A stretch of DNA of 46,102 bases from Macrostomum lignano (lineage: Eukaryota), in contig NIVC01002474.1 of the NCBI GenBank assembly GCA_002269645.1, positions 1 through 46,102 on the forward strand, read 5' to 3'. Of this stretch, positions 30,901 to 41,828 are shown in pieces (position 1 is the first letter of the stretch; the number at the start of each line of letters is the position of its first letter). Below the pieces are notes generated by a model. It was not told the DNA's origin and ran no database searches. It worked only from the letters and a program-made list of their open reading frames with translations. A program made the position numbers and the translations under genes.

Positions 30901-33900
30901 TCTGACACCCTGTTTCGCATCTGACACCCTGTTTAACATCTGACACCCTGTTTAACATCTGACACCCTGTTTAACATCTGACACCCTGTCTCCCTTCTGA
31001 CACCCTGTTTAACATCTGACACCCTGTTTAACATCTGACACCCTGTTTAACATCTGACACCCTGTCTCCCATCTGACACCCTGTTTAACATCTGACACCC
31101 TGTCTCCCATCTGACACCCTGTTCCCATATCTGACACCTGATCTTATATCTGACACCCTGTTTCCCATTTGACACCCTGTTCCCATATCTGACACCCTGT
31201 CTCCCATCTGACACCCTGTCTAAAGCTCATTTTCTTAAACTCACCTGCTTAAGCTGATTCTCAGCTTCCGACTCAGCTTCATCCAGCCGACGCTGAAGCT
31301 CCAGCAGCTGCTCATCCTTTGCTGAGGACTCCGCCGAAATGGACTCCAACTTCGCTTCAGACTGGCGGAGCTTCTCAACCTTCAATGAAAAACAATAAGT
31401 TGATAAAAAATAAGAGACGAGTCCCAACTCCCACACGCTTGCTTACCGTCTCATTCAGTTCGATAGAGAGCTTATCACTGTCACGTGACTTTTCTGCCAA
31501 TTGCGACTGGAGTTGGGCTAGCTGCTGATTTAGCTGAAATGAATGTTCAAAATTGCATCTGACACCGTACCCTGTTTCCACATCTGACACCTGATCCTAT
31601 ATCTGACACCTGATCCCACATCTGACACCTGATCCTATATCTGACACCTGATCCCACATCTGACACCTGATCCTATATCTGACACCTGATCCCATATCTG
31701 ACACCTGTTCCCATATCTGACACCTGTTCCCATATCTGACACCCTGTTTCCCATCTGACACCCTGTTTCCCATCTGACACCCTGTTCCCATATCTGACAC
31801 CAGATCCTATATCTGACACCTTTTTTATCTGACACCCTGTCTCCCATCTGACACCCCGTCTAAAGCTCATTTTCTTAAGCTCACCTGCTTAAGCTGATTC
31901 TCAGCTTCATCCAGCCGACGCCGAAGCTCCAGCAGCTGCTCATCCTTTGCTGAGGACTCCGCCGAAATGGACTCCAACTTCGCTTCAGACTGGCGGAGCT
32001 TCTCAACCTTCAATGAAAAACAATAGGTTGATAAAAAATAAGAGACGAGTCCCAACTCCCACACGCTTGCTTACCGTCTCATTCAGTTCGATAGAGAGCT
32101 TATCACTGTCACGTGACTTTTCTGCCAATTGCGACTGGAGTTGGGCTAGCTGCTGATTTAGCTGAAATGAATGTTCAAAATTGCATCTGACACCGTACCC
32201 TGTTCCCACATCTGACACCTGATCCTATATCTGACACCTGATCCCACATCTGACACCTGATCCTATATCTGACACCTGATCCCACATCTGACACCTGATC
32301 CTATATCTGACACCTGATCCCATATCTGACACCTGTTCCCATATCTGACACCTGTTCCCATATCTGACACCCTGTTTCCCATCTGACACCCTGTTTCCCA
32401 TCTGACACCCTGTTCCCATATCTGACACCAGATCCTATATCTGACACCTTTTTTATCTGACACCCTGTCTCCCATCTGACACCCCGTCTAAAGCTCATTT
32501 TCTTAAGCTCACCTGCTTAAGCTGATTCTCAGCTTCAGACTCAGCTTCATCCAGCCGACGCCGAAGCTCCAGCAGCTGCTCATCCTTTGCTGAGGACTCC
32601 GCCGAAATGGACTCCAACTTCGCTTCAGACTGGCGGAGCTTCTCAACCTTCAATGAAAAACAATAGGTTGATAAAAAATAAGAGACGAGTCCCAACTCCC
32701 ACACGCTTGCTTACCGTCTCATTCAGTTCGATAGAGAGCTTATCACTGTCACGTGACTTTTCTGCCAATTGCGACTGGAGTTGGGCTAGCTGCTGATTTA
32801 GCTGAAATGAATGTTCAAAATGGCTCAATTATTTTACTGAGGCTAATAATATATTTGTAATACTTCAATAGCACTAATTTGCTAACCACTTCTATTCGCT
32901 TATCAAGTTTTCGTATTTCGGCAATTTTTCGGTTCTGTTGAAAATCCTCAGATTTCAGCAATTTTCAGGTTTGCTAAAAATATCAACTAATGGGTGTTGC
33001 CTAGAGTTTCTGTATATAAATCATTTTATTGATCAGTAATTGAAAAAATGAGCTCACTAAATCTGATGATTTGCTAGAGGCATCAACTCCGCTCTGAGAA
33101 GATTCCAGCTGGTCTTTCAGCTCCAGCAGCTGTTGATTGAGCTGAAGCAGGCGTTCAGAGACGAAAAAGCATTTTACTTGAGCCTAATGTTAGTAATGAA
33201 AGTTAAGCATCTCTTTGTAAAAACTAATTCAAATTCACAATATGCAACTCACAAGTTGAACTTTTTGCTCAGCTTCGGATTCCAACAGCGCCAACTTCTC
33301 TTGCAGACTGTCAATCTGCTTGTCTTTGGCCATGGAAGCTGACAGTTCCAATTCCAATTGCTCTTCAAGCTGGATAGTTGATTTCATGATTGTTGCTTTA
33401 TTAAAACTTATAAAGAACATGTCTACATTCACCGCACTTAGGAACCTGGGAGGCTGGTGACCCAGCAACTGGGGATCTGGGAGGCTGGTGGCCCAGCAAC
33501 TGGGGATCTGGGAGGCTGGTGGCCCAGCAACTGAGGATCTGGGAGGCTGGTGGCCCAGCAACTGGGGATCTGGGAGGCTGGTGGCCCAGCAACTGGGGAT
33601 CTGGGAGGCTGGTGGCCCAGCAACTGGGGATCTGGGAGGCTGGCCCAGCAACTGAGGATCTGGGAGGCTGGTGGCCCAGCAACTGGGGATCTGGGAGGCT
33701 GGTGGCCCAGCAACTGGGGATCTGGGAGGCTGGTGGCCCAGCAACTGGGGATCTGGGAGGCTGGCCCAGCAACTGAGGATCTGGGAGGCTGTTGGCCCAG
33801 CAACTGAGGATCTGGGAGGCTGGTGGCCCAGCAACTGGGGATCTGGGAGGCTGGTGGCCCAGCAACTGGGGATCTGGGAGGCTGTTGGCCCAGCAATTGA

Positions 33901-36900
33901 GGATCTGGGAGGCTGGTGGCCCTGCAACTGGGGATCTGGGAGGCTGGCCCAGCAACTGAGGATCTGGGAGGCTGGTGGCCCAGCAACTGGGGATCTGGGA
34001 GGCTGGTGGCCCAGCAACTGGGGATCTGGGAGGCTGTTGGCCCAGCAATTGAGGATCTGGGAGGCTGGTGGCCCTGCAACTGAGGATCTGGGAGGCTGGT
34101 GGCCCAGCAACTGGGGATCTGGGAGGCTGGTGGCCCAGCAACTGGGGATCTGGGAGGCTGTTGGCCCAGCAATTGAGGATCTGGGAGGCTGTTGGCCCAG
34201 CAATTGAGGATCTGGGAGGCTGGCCCAGCAACTGAGGATCTGGGAGGCTGGCCCAGCAACTGAGGATCTGGGAGGCTGGCCCAGCAACTGAGGATCTGGG
34301 AGGCTGTTGGCCCAGCAACTGAGGATCTGGGAGGCTGGTGGTCCAGCAACTGAGGATCTGGGAGGCTGGTGGCCCAGCAACTGAGGATCTGGGAGGCTGG
34401 CCCAGCAACTGAGGATCTGGGAGGCTGGTGGTCCAGCAACTGGGGATCTGGGAGGCTGGCAGCAGCCAAAGCCCTATAATACTGCCATAAGTAGTATATC
34501 GTTAGTATAAGTATCATACCTGCTGCAACTGGGCCTCAGCCTGCGAGCTAATTCGTAGAACTTGCTCATTCATCTCTTCTAGTTTGGCGTCCTTAGCCTT
34601 GGAATCGGCCATTTCTTCGCGGAGTTTCTGGACGAGCTGGCAAATGATTAAAGAATAGAAATTTGAAACGGAGATTCTTCAAAGAAGAAAGCGTATTCTT
34701 CTTTAACAAACTATTGCTTATTGGACTAGATCACCCTTTCTACATCTCTTCCACGAGTCTTAATTATGTATTAAGCATTTAGCTACGGTATCTACCCAAT
34801 TCTATCTCCCAGCCACTGAGCACTTCTCATGAACATCGTCAATGCATAAGAATATTAATACGAAAACCAAATATCTAAGCAACACGGTAGTGATCACTCA
34901 CGCATTCAACTCTTTCCTCTAGATCAACATCAGCCTTAGCAGCCTCTTTCAAATGCTCGTTAGCCATTTGGCAGCAGCTTTGATCGGATTCAATGTTCTT
35001 AGCAGTATAAGCTTCATTGTCTATGGCATCGGCAGATTTAGCAGCGGGCTCTGATCCTTGTTCGGCATGCCCGAGGGCTTCGATGCGACTCCTTAACTGG
35101 CTGATGGTTTCCGCCTGGGTGCAAGTGGTGCATTTTCAGAGAGAGTCATTCATATGCTTTGACTGTTCCTCGTGTCTACCTTCTCCTCCTCTCCCATCTC
35201 CGCTCTCCCTCTACCATCTCCTATCTCCCTTCTCCCATCTCATATCTCCCTTCTCCTATCTCCCTTCTCCCCTCTCCTATCTCCCTTCTCTCCTCTCCTA
35301 TCTTCCTTCTCCCATCTCATATCTCCCTTCGCCCCAAACCGCTCTCGCATTTCCCTTCTATATCCCCCGTATCGACTCTCTCCTCTCCTATCTCCCTATC
35401 TGGTCTCTGCATCTGTGTATCTACCATCTAATCTCACACTCAATCTCCAATTCAACTCTATTCTCAAGCCAGTTCCCCTCACCTGCTCCTCAACAGTCAG
35501 CCGTGCAGTCTTCAACTCCTCAGCCAGCAATTCTCGCTCCATCCTGAGTCCATCCAGCATCTCCTGTGAGCAGGCCAGCGTGGCAGTCATGGCGCCTACC
35601 TGTCGCTCTCGGTTCTCCTGCTCTTCAACCAGTTCAGCCTCCAGCTCGTGAACCAGAAACGAGTCGTTCTTAAGCAGAGTGGCCCGCATTGCAGACCGGT
35701 GCTGATTGGTGGGCGGAGGCGGGTGCGACCTGGCCAGGCTGCTGATATCTGCAGACTCCGCTAGCCGCCTGTGCATATCGCCGATTCTCCTGACTCGAAT
35801 GTTTACTTCGGCTTCGATGGCCTCTTTAGTGGAGACGCTCTGAGCAGCGGCCAGCTCCATCTCCAATTTCTCAACTTTATTATTCAAATTTTCCAACTGC
35901 TCATCTTGCTGCTCAGCCTCCGACCTGGCCTCGCCAAGTTGCTCTTCTAATCTATCGATTTTTGCTTGCAGTTCGGCCAGCTTGCGTTTGTGAGCCTCAA
36001 CCATGCGCTTCTTCAGGTTGTCGCTGATCCGCTGGGAAGTGTCCAGGTACTCGCGCAGGCGGGTGTCGTGGCGCTCCTGCAAGGGTCAATGGGGAATGGT
36101 TTAGTAGTTATAAATCAATGTCAGAGGCAAATTTTAAGAATTCAATCGCTAGACTCTAGGAAAAGGAATAGAAATGGCAGATTTTAACCACGAAATGGCA
36201 GATTTAACTACAAAATGGCAGATTTAACTACAAAATGGCAGATTTAACTACAAAATGGCAGATTTTGAATCTACAAAATGGCAGATTTAACTACAAAATG
36301 GCAGATTTTGAATCTACAAAATGGCAGATTTTGAATCTACAAAATGGCAGATTTTGAATCTACAAAATGGCAGATTTAACTACAAAATGGCAGATTTAAC
36401 TACAAAATGGCAGATTTTAGCTACAAAAATGGCAGATTCTGAATCTACAAAATGGCAGATTCTGAATCTACAAAATGGCAGATACTGAAACTACAAAACG
36501 GCAGATTCTGAAACTACAAAATGGCAGATTCTGAAACTACAAAATGGCAGATTCTGAAACTACAAAATGGCAGATTCTGAAACTACAAAATGGCAGATTC
36601 TGAAACTACAAAATGGCAGATTCTGAAACTACAAAATGGCAGATTCTGAAACTACAAAATGGCAGATTCTGAAACTACAAAATGGCAGATTCTGAAACTA
36701 CAAAATGGCAGATTCTGAATCTACAAAATGGCAGATACTGAAACTACAAAATGACAGATTCTGAAACTACAAAATGGCAGATTCTGAAACTACAAAATGG
36801 CAGATTTTGAAACTACAAAATAATTGAAGAATCTTGGAATAGCATTGCTCAGTTATATCACAACGTACCTCTTGCAGCTCCTTCTGCTCCTGAAGCTGCT

Positions 36901-39900
36901 GCTCAAATCGCTCCTCCACCTCGCTCATCAGCCGGTCCCGTTCGGCAATGAGCTCGCGTCTAATGCGCATCTCCCGCTCCTCCATCTCCTCCTCTTGCTG
37001 CTGCACAGTTTGGCGCAGGTCTCCAATGAGCTTCAGCATCTCCTGCAGTAGTTTTAGGATTGGATTATCGTTTAATTTAGATATTGAAGTCACTAGATCT
37101 ATTTATTGAAGCCTCTACATTAATCCAGCTATCTAGACGAGAAATCGATAGTTCATCTAGCCGGTTTTTTGAAAACAGATAGAAATGCTTCAGGTCTCAC
37201 TCTTAGATCTCAGAAATCACCCTTCGATACCCTTCAGGCCTCACCGTTAGATATCTTTCAGGCCTCACCCTTGGATATCCTTCAGGTCTCACTCTTAGAT
37301 ATCCTTCAGCCCTACTCTTAAATTCATCCGCACTACACTATTGAAAAGAGCATCATTTAAAGGAGTGCAAACCCACACCTCAAGCACTGCAACTCGCTCA
37401 TTCCTTACCTCCTTACTACACTGGGCAATGTCGGCCATTTCGAATTCATTCGCATCAACGTAGGTCACTTCGTACTGCTGCTCATCCTCGCCATCGGAGT
37501 CTTCTTGATGGTCGCCGATCTCGTCTACTATTGGCTCAATTGGCTCAATTGGCTTAATCTCCTCCTGTTCATCTTTCTTAGCAACCGTCGTCATAGCAGC
37601 CGCAGTAACAACTGTAGCTGTCATAGTTTTAGTCTGATAGACTGGCACAATAATAGTAGAATTATTATGACTGCTACTCTTAGCAGTAGCTGTAGTAACC
37701 GTAGTAGAAGTCTTATTACTATTAGTAGTAGTAGTAGCCGTAACCTTCCTAATTCCAATGCCGGGAGAGGCGGCATTCGGAGCGGCCAAGTGAAGCCGGT
37801 GCGGGGTCGGCGCCGTCACGGTGATGTTGCTGGCTAGCGCGCTGAATCTCAATACGTTTAAAGTGTCATCAAACAGACTGGCGCACCTGCTGATATTCAC
37901 AATCATAGTGGCCCTGCCGCTGCCGCTGAAGTACGGCTGTATCAACTGGGTGAGTTTGGACTCGCGGAACGGCACCAGCCTGGCTGATTTCGGATTCTGC
38001 TGATTGTGCTGAAGTGTTTCAATGCACCTGCGCAGAGTCAGCAGGCTGCTGTTGATGCTGCAGGCCTCGCGAGCGCGGTCGTTTGCGCCGATGTTGGCGC
38101 CGTATCGGGCTGTGCGCTGGCTCTCTGAACCGGCCAGGTCGCAGAATGTTAAACTGGACACCTGTTGTTTCCAATGCGTGTTTATGCTGGGCTGTATAAT
38201 AAACTCTCCGGAATATCTTCATCGGAATTCCCCAGATAAATACAAATTCAGAATCCTACTTACTGACTGAATTCCCCAGACTCTCTATGTGAATTCCCCA
38301 GACTCTCTATGTGAATTCCCCAGACTCTCTATGTGAATTCCCCAGACTCTCTATGTGAATTCCCCAGACTCTCTATGTGAATTCCCCAGACTCTCTATGT
38401 GAATTCCCCAGACTCTCTATCTGAATTCCCCAGACTCTCTAACTGAATTCCCCAGACTCTCTAACTGAATTCCCCAGACTCTCTATCTGAATTCCCCAGA
38501 CTCTCTAACTGAATTCCCCAGACTCTCTAACTGAATTCCCCAGACTCTATCTGAATTCCCCAGACTCTCTATCTGAATTCCCCAGACTCTCTATCTGAAT
38601 TCCCCAGATTCTCTATCTGAATTCCTCAGACTCTCCATATGAATTACCCATGCTCCCTATCTGAATTCCCCAGACTCCCTATCTGAATTCCCAAGACTCT
38701 TTATCTGAATTCCCAAGACCCTCTATCTGAATTCCGCAGACTATCTGAATTCCCTAGACTATCTGAATTCCCTAGTAGACTATCTGAATTGCACAACATC
38801 TCTATCTGAATTCCCCAGACTATCTGAAATCCCCAGACTCTCTACCTGAATTCCCTCGAAAAATGAATCTGAATTCTCTAGAATCCATCTAAATTCCCCC
38901 AAAATCCATCTGAATTCCCTAGACTCTCTATCTGAATTCCCCAGAGCCCCTTACCAATCCAAAATTAGGCGCCTCCTTATCCAAGCAGGTGACCAGGCGA
39001 ACAGCGAACAGCGAGTGACTCCTGGAGGACTGCTGATTCAGAACGGTAGCGGCCACGCTCTGGTTCTGTTTGCCCAGCAACACGAGCCTGCAGGCGTCCT
39101 GAGCGCTGCACACAGGCAGGCAGCGCAGGCCTTTGATATAAAATTTGCCTGTCTTGTCCCAACGAACATCCAGAGCAGTCCGGCTCGGCTTCCGGCCGCG
39201 TTGAACAATCGGCTCCAGCAGGTCGTACACGACTTCGTTGTAGATCTCGGCGTACGAAACCCAGACGCAGAAGCGCTTCTGCGATGACGGAACTGACGAA
39301 GCATCGCCAATCACTTCGCTGTCTGATTCGCAGGTTGTCGAAGAATCGACAGCAGCGTCCGATGACAGGCGGGAATCGAAAATCACTGAATCGCGGGAAT
39401 TGTTGCACCTGCAGTGGTTTTGCGATGGGGATGCGAGAAAGGATTTATATAAGTTGGCTAGGAATTCGATTTAAGATTATTCAGATGGGAGATTTTCCCT
39501 GAAAATGGGATATTCTTCAGGAGATGGGAGATTTTAATTAAGAATGGGATTTTTTCAAATGAGAGATTTTTCCCTAAAAACGGGATTTTTTCAGAAGATG
39601 GGAAATTTTCCCGTAAAATGGGAGATTCTTCAGAATATGGGACATTTTTCCTTTAAAATGGGATATTTTTCAGAAGATGGGAGATTTTTTCCCTGAAAAT
39701 GGGATATTATTTTGAAGATGAGATTTTTCCCTGAAAATGGGATTATTTTCAGAAGACAGGAGATTTTTCCCTAAAAACGGGCGTTTTTTAAAGATGTAAT
39801 TTTCCCTAAAATGGGATGTTCTTAAAATGGGAGATTTTCCCTGAAAATGGGATATTCCTAAAATGGGAGATTTTTTCCAAAAAATGGGACATTCTTTAAA

Positions 39901-41828
39901 TGGGAGATTTTATTCGAAAATGGGATTTTCATCAGGATATTGGAGACTTTTCCCGAAAAATGGGAAACTCGTTACAATATAGGAGATTTTCTGGTAAAAA
40001 TAGGATATGATGGGAGATTTTTCCCTAAAAATGGGATCCTCTTCAGAAGATAGCAGATTTTTCTCTGAAATTGGGAGATTCTTCAGAGGAGCTTCTTTCC
40101 CTATTGAAAGGGAAATTCAATAGTTGTAATTAATAAACTGCTGCAAGTATACCAACTACAAATAGAAACAACCTACCAGGCGGTTGCCACAGCCTCTCCA
40201 GCCTCATAGGACTGCAGTAGGGCTTTGGTTTTCTTAAACGCAGCTTCAGCATCTCCTCTGGACAGCTGGACAGCTTGGCTAAAACTGTCCGGACGGAATA
40301 AACAGCCAGGCTGAGCAGGCGTTGACAACAGGCGGTCGCCAATGTTGTCGAACAGAGATTTCAGGGCGCGCGGCAGAATGCCGGGTTGGTCGCCGCTGCC
40401 CTGCAAAAATGATACGATTAATTTTCTGATTACGCGCTCTGATGTGCCCCGATGAAAATGGTACCTGTGCCAAAAAGCATCCCAGAGTCACTTGCGTCGC
40501 CTTGTTGTAGGTAGGTAATACAGGTAAAATGTAAAAATAAGTGACCCAAGACTCTGAAACGACCCGGGGCGATTCTACAAATATATCGACTCTGGAGCAA
40601 AATATTAGTATCTGAGGAAGTATCTCCCCTCTCTCCTATCTACCTCTCTCTTATCTACCTCTCTTCTATCTACCTCTCTCCTATCTACCTCTGTCCTATC
40701 TACCTCTCTCTTATCTACCTCTCTTCTATCTACCTCTCTCCTATCTATCTCTGTCCTATCTACCTCTACTTATCTACGTCTACTTATCTACGTCTACTTA
40801 TCTACGTCTACTTATCTATTTCTCTCCTATCTACCTCTCTTAAGGGGGCCGTAGCCCAGCGGTAGCGCAGCTGCTCTGGTGTGCCAGCGGCCCAGGCTCG
40901 ATTCCAAGTGCAGTCGCATTAATTTGGGGCTGAATTGGAATCTCGACTTGGCTCTGCTCGTGCAATTAACGGCCTTGAGAGCCAACCCCCCAAGGCGCAG
41001 TGAAGTGTACATGCCTAACGATAAAATAAAGTTAGGGCCGCTGTACACTCCTGTGTGAGTGTGTGCCTGTGCGTATGACTGCTCAGGGGAGTCAGGCGCC
41101 AGGATAACCACAGCCCCTGGCCTCTACATTATAGTATTTATAGCTTCAAAATCCAGCGATGTGAATAGGAGGATTGAAAGCCAGTCCAACTCACTTGAAT
41201 AGTATGAGTCTTGCCAGCGCTTGTGACACCATAGCTGAAGACAAGGCCGCTGTGACCTTGCAGCAGCTGCTTGACAAGGTCAGCCACTGTACCGTCAAAC
41301 ATCTGCGACTGACTGACTGACTCGTTGAACACTCGGCTGAAGGCGAACCGATGCGACAGGCGCTCGCTATCCCGCAGATGCCCAGCAGGTGGAGCGTCAG
41401 CCGATGCGTTAGCAACAATTGATTTTGGCCCGTCAATTGTGAAGCAGTGCTTCTCTTCGCCAGCAGCGAGCTCGGCTTCAGTGAGAGGTCGGACTCGCAG
41501 GTAGATTTTCATTCGATCCGACACCGCATGCGCTGTTGATGCCGATGCAACGCTGCCAGTCTGCTCTGAGCGGCTGACGTCCAGGCTGCTGAATCGCAGC
41601 TTCTGACGAATGGACTGCAGTGGCAGTTCAGCTTCCAGCTTGTCAACATCTGGCTGAGGCTGGGGCGCATTGGGGCGCTTGTTCTGCAGCTCCGCTAGGG
41701 TGTCTGGTTAAGTATAAAAAAGAACAGCAGTATCGATTAAATATGATTCTAAATATACAACCTTTGAACTTACACAAGCCAAGAGACTTGTCGGAGGGCT
41801 CTGCAGGTAGACACAGGTTTTTCAACAT
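19507..41828 (-). CDS. KIF20: Kinesin-6 family motor (KIF20A/MKLP2-like) with a repeat-expanded coiled-coil stalk; about 2,028 aa, 31 coding exons
   Basis: Exons: 41828-41774 (tentative first), 41703-41195, 40400-40177, 39408-38955, 38161-37409, 37042-36869, 36076-35483, 35114-34902, 34636-34520, 33369-33253, 33141-33058, seven A/B pairs (32801-32715/32647-32513, 32161-32075/32007-31885, 31533-31447/31379-31245, 30618-30532/30464-30330, 30115-30029/29961-29827, 29087-29001/28933-28799, 26104-26018/25950-25816), 24588-24472, 23312-23196, 23102-22986, 22587-22192, 21042-20870, 19837-19507 (TAA). All GT-AG and in frame; total 6087 nt. Confidence 0.92.
19860..20812. repeat. Intronic 20-bp minisatellite (CTACCTGAGGAATCTGAACT), about 47 copies
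   Basis: Direct inspection. Confidence 0.97.
21355..22115. repeat. Intronic 30-bp minisatellite (TTTCTAAGAAACGCAGATCAATAAATCTCA)
   Basis: Direct inspection. Confidence 0.95.
22645..22824 (-). mobile_element. tRNA-derived SINE, family A (second copy)
   Basis: Same A/B boxes and body as 9085-9377. Confidence 0.75.
22825..22975 (+). mobile_element. SINE family B fragment, head-to-head with the family A copy
   Basis: GGCTCGATTTCAAGTGCAGTCACATTAATTT...GGAATCTCGGCTTGGCTC matches family B. Confidence 0.65.
23370..24460. repeat. Intronic 24-bp minisatellite (GGGACTAGCTGTGTGGTACAGGGGT-type), about 45 copies
   Basis: Direct inspection. Confidence 0.96.
24882..24950. repeat. (GACA)n microsatellite
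   Basis: Direct inspection. Confidence 0.95.
25025..32490. repeat. 19-21 bp satellite (ATCTGACACCCTGTTTCCC and variants) filling most introns of the exon-pair array
   Basis: Blocks at 25025-25790, 27255-28770 and between copies 6, 5, 4, 3, 2 and 1; alternating 19/20-bp dimer at 27550-28080. Confidence 0.96.
25816..32801 (-). repeat. Seven near-identical tandem copies of a two-exon unit encoding a 74-aa coiled-coil repeat
   Basis: Exon A (87 nt) LNQQLAQLQSQLAEKSRDSDKLSIELNET, a 67-nt intron, and exon B (135 nt) VEKLRQSEAKLESISAESSAKDEQLLELRRRLDEAESEAENQLKQ. Every copy keeps TTTCAG/GTAAGC and TGAAG/GTGAG sites. Copy 2 has an in-frame 12-nt deletion. Confidence 0.93.
26205..27200. repeat. 37-bp minisatellite (GAAAATCCTCAGATTTCAGCAATTTTTCGGGTTTCTT)
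   Basis: Direct inspection; one to two related monomers at 32915-32975. Confidence 0.94.
33445..34460. repeat. 28/31-bp minisatellite (CAACTGAGGATCTGGGAGGCTGG(TGG)CCCAG)
   Basis: Reverse complement of the 12985-13436 family. Confidence 0.96.
35180..35420. repeat. CT-rich low-complexity intronic repeat (CTCCTATCTCCC-type)
   Basis: Direct inspection. Confidence 0.8.
36172..36820. repeat. 20/23-bp minisatellite (CTACAAAATGGCAGATTCTGAAA)
   Basis: Direct inspection. Confidence 0.96.
37800..41520 (-). CDS. KIF20: Kinesin motor domain (kinesin-6 type), spread over 4 exons
   Basis: KIYLRVRP; P-loop YGVTSAGKT; GILPRAL followed by a long loop-6 insert before VWVSYAEIYNE (kinesin-6 hallmark); switch I NQQSSRSHSLF; switch II DLAGSE; VPFRESKLT...MIVNIS...DTLNVLRFSALA. 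Confidence 0.95.
38258..38945. repeat. 22-bp minisatellite (TGAATTCCCCAGACTCTCTATC)
   Basis: Direct inspection; it begins a few bases inside the 5' splice site at 38954. Confidence 0.94.
39480..40090. repeat. Degenerate repeat (AAAATGGGAGATTTTTCCCT-type)
   Basis: Direct inspection. Confidence 0.82.
40622..40840. repeat. 14-16 bp pyrimidine-rich repeat (TCTACCTCTCTCCTA)
   Basis: Direct inspection. Confidence 0.85.
40844..41105 (+). mobile_element. tRNA-derived SINE, family B (most complete copy)
   Basis: GGGGCCGTAGCCCAGCGG (A box), GGCTCGATTCC (B-box-like); body GCAGTCGCATTAATTTGGGGCT...GTGAAGTGTACATGCCTAACGATAAA shared with 8222-8445 and 22825-22975. Confidence 0.72.

Noticed and set aside
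25025-32801. Repeat-spacer look resembling a CRISPR array
   Set aside because: The spacers are near-identical spliceosomal exon pairs, the repeats are tandem satellites, the context is eukaryotic and there are no cas genes.
24973-34517. Long repetitive ORFs (MGNRVSDGKQGV..., MLGHQPPRSSVAGP..., MIPHLTPCFPSDT...)
   Set aside because: Translations of stop-free satellites, open in several frames and on both strands, and lying inside GT-AG introns.
41700-41802. Spliced-leader-supplied AUG as the kinesin start
   Set aside because: Joining an AUG-ending leader to the acceptor at 41703 or 41800 gives an early in-frame TAG; only a phase-1 upstream exon fits.
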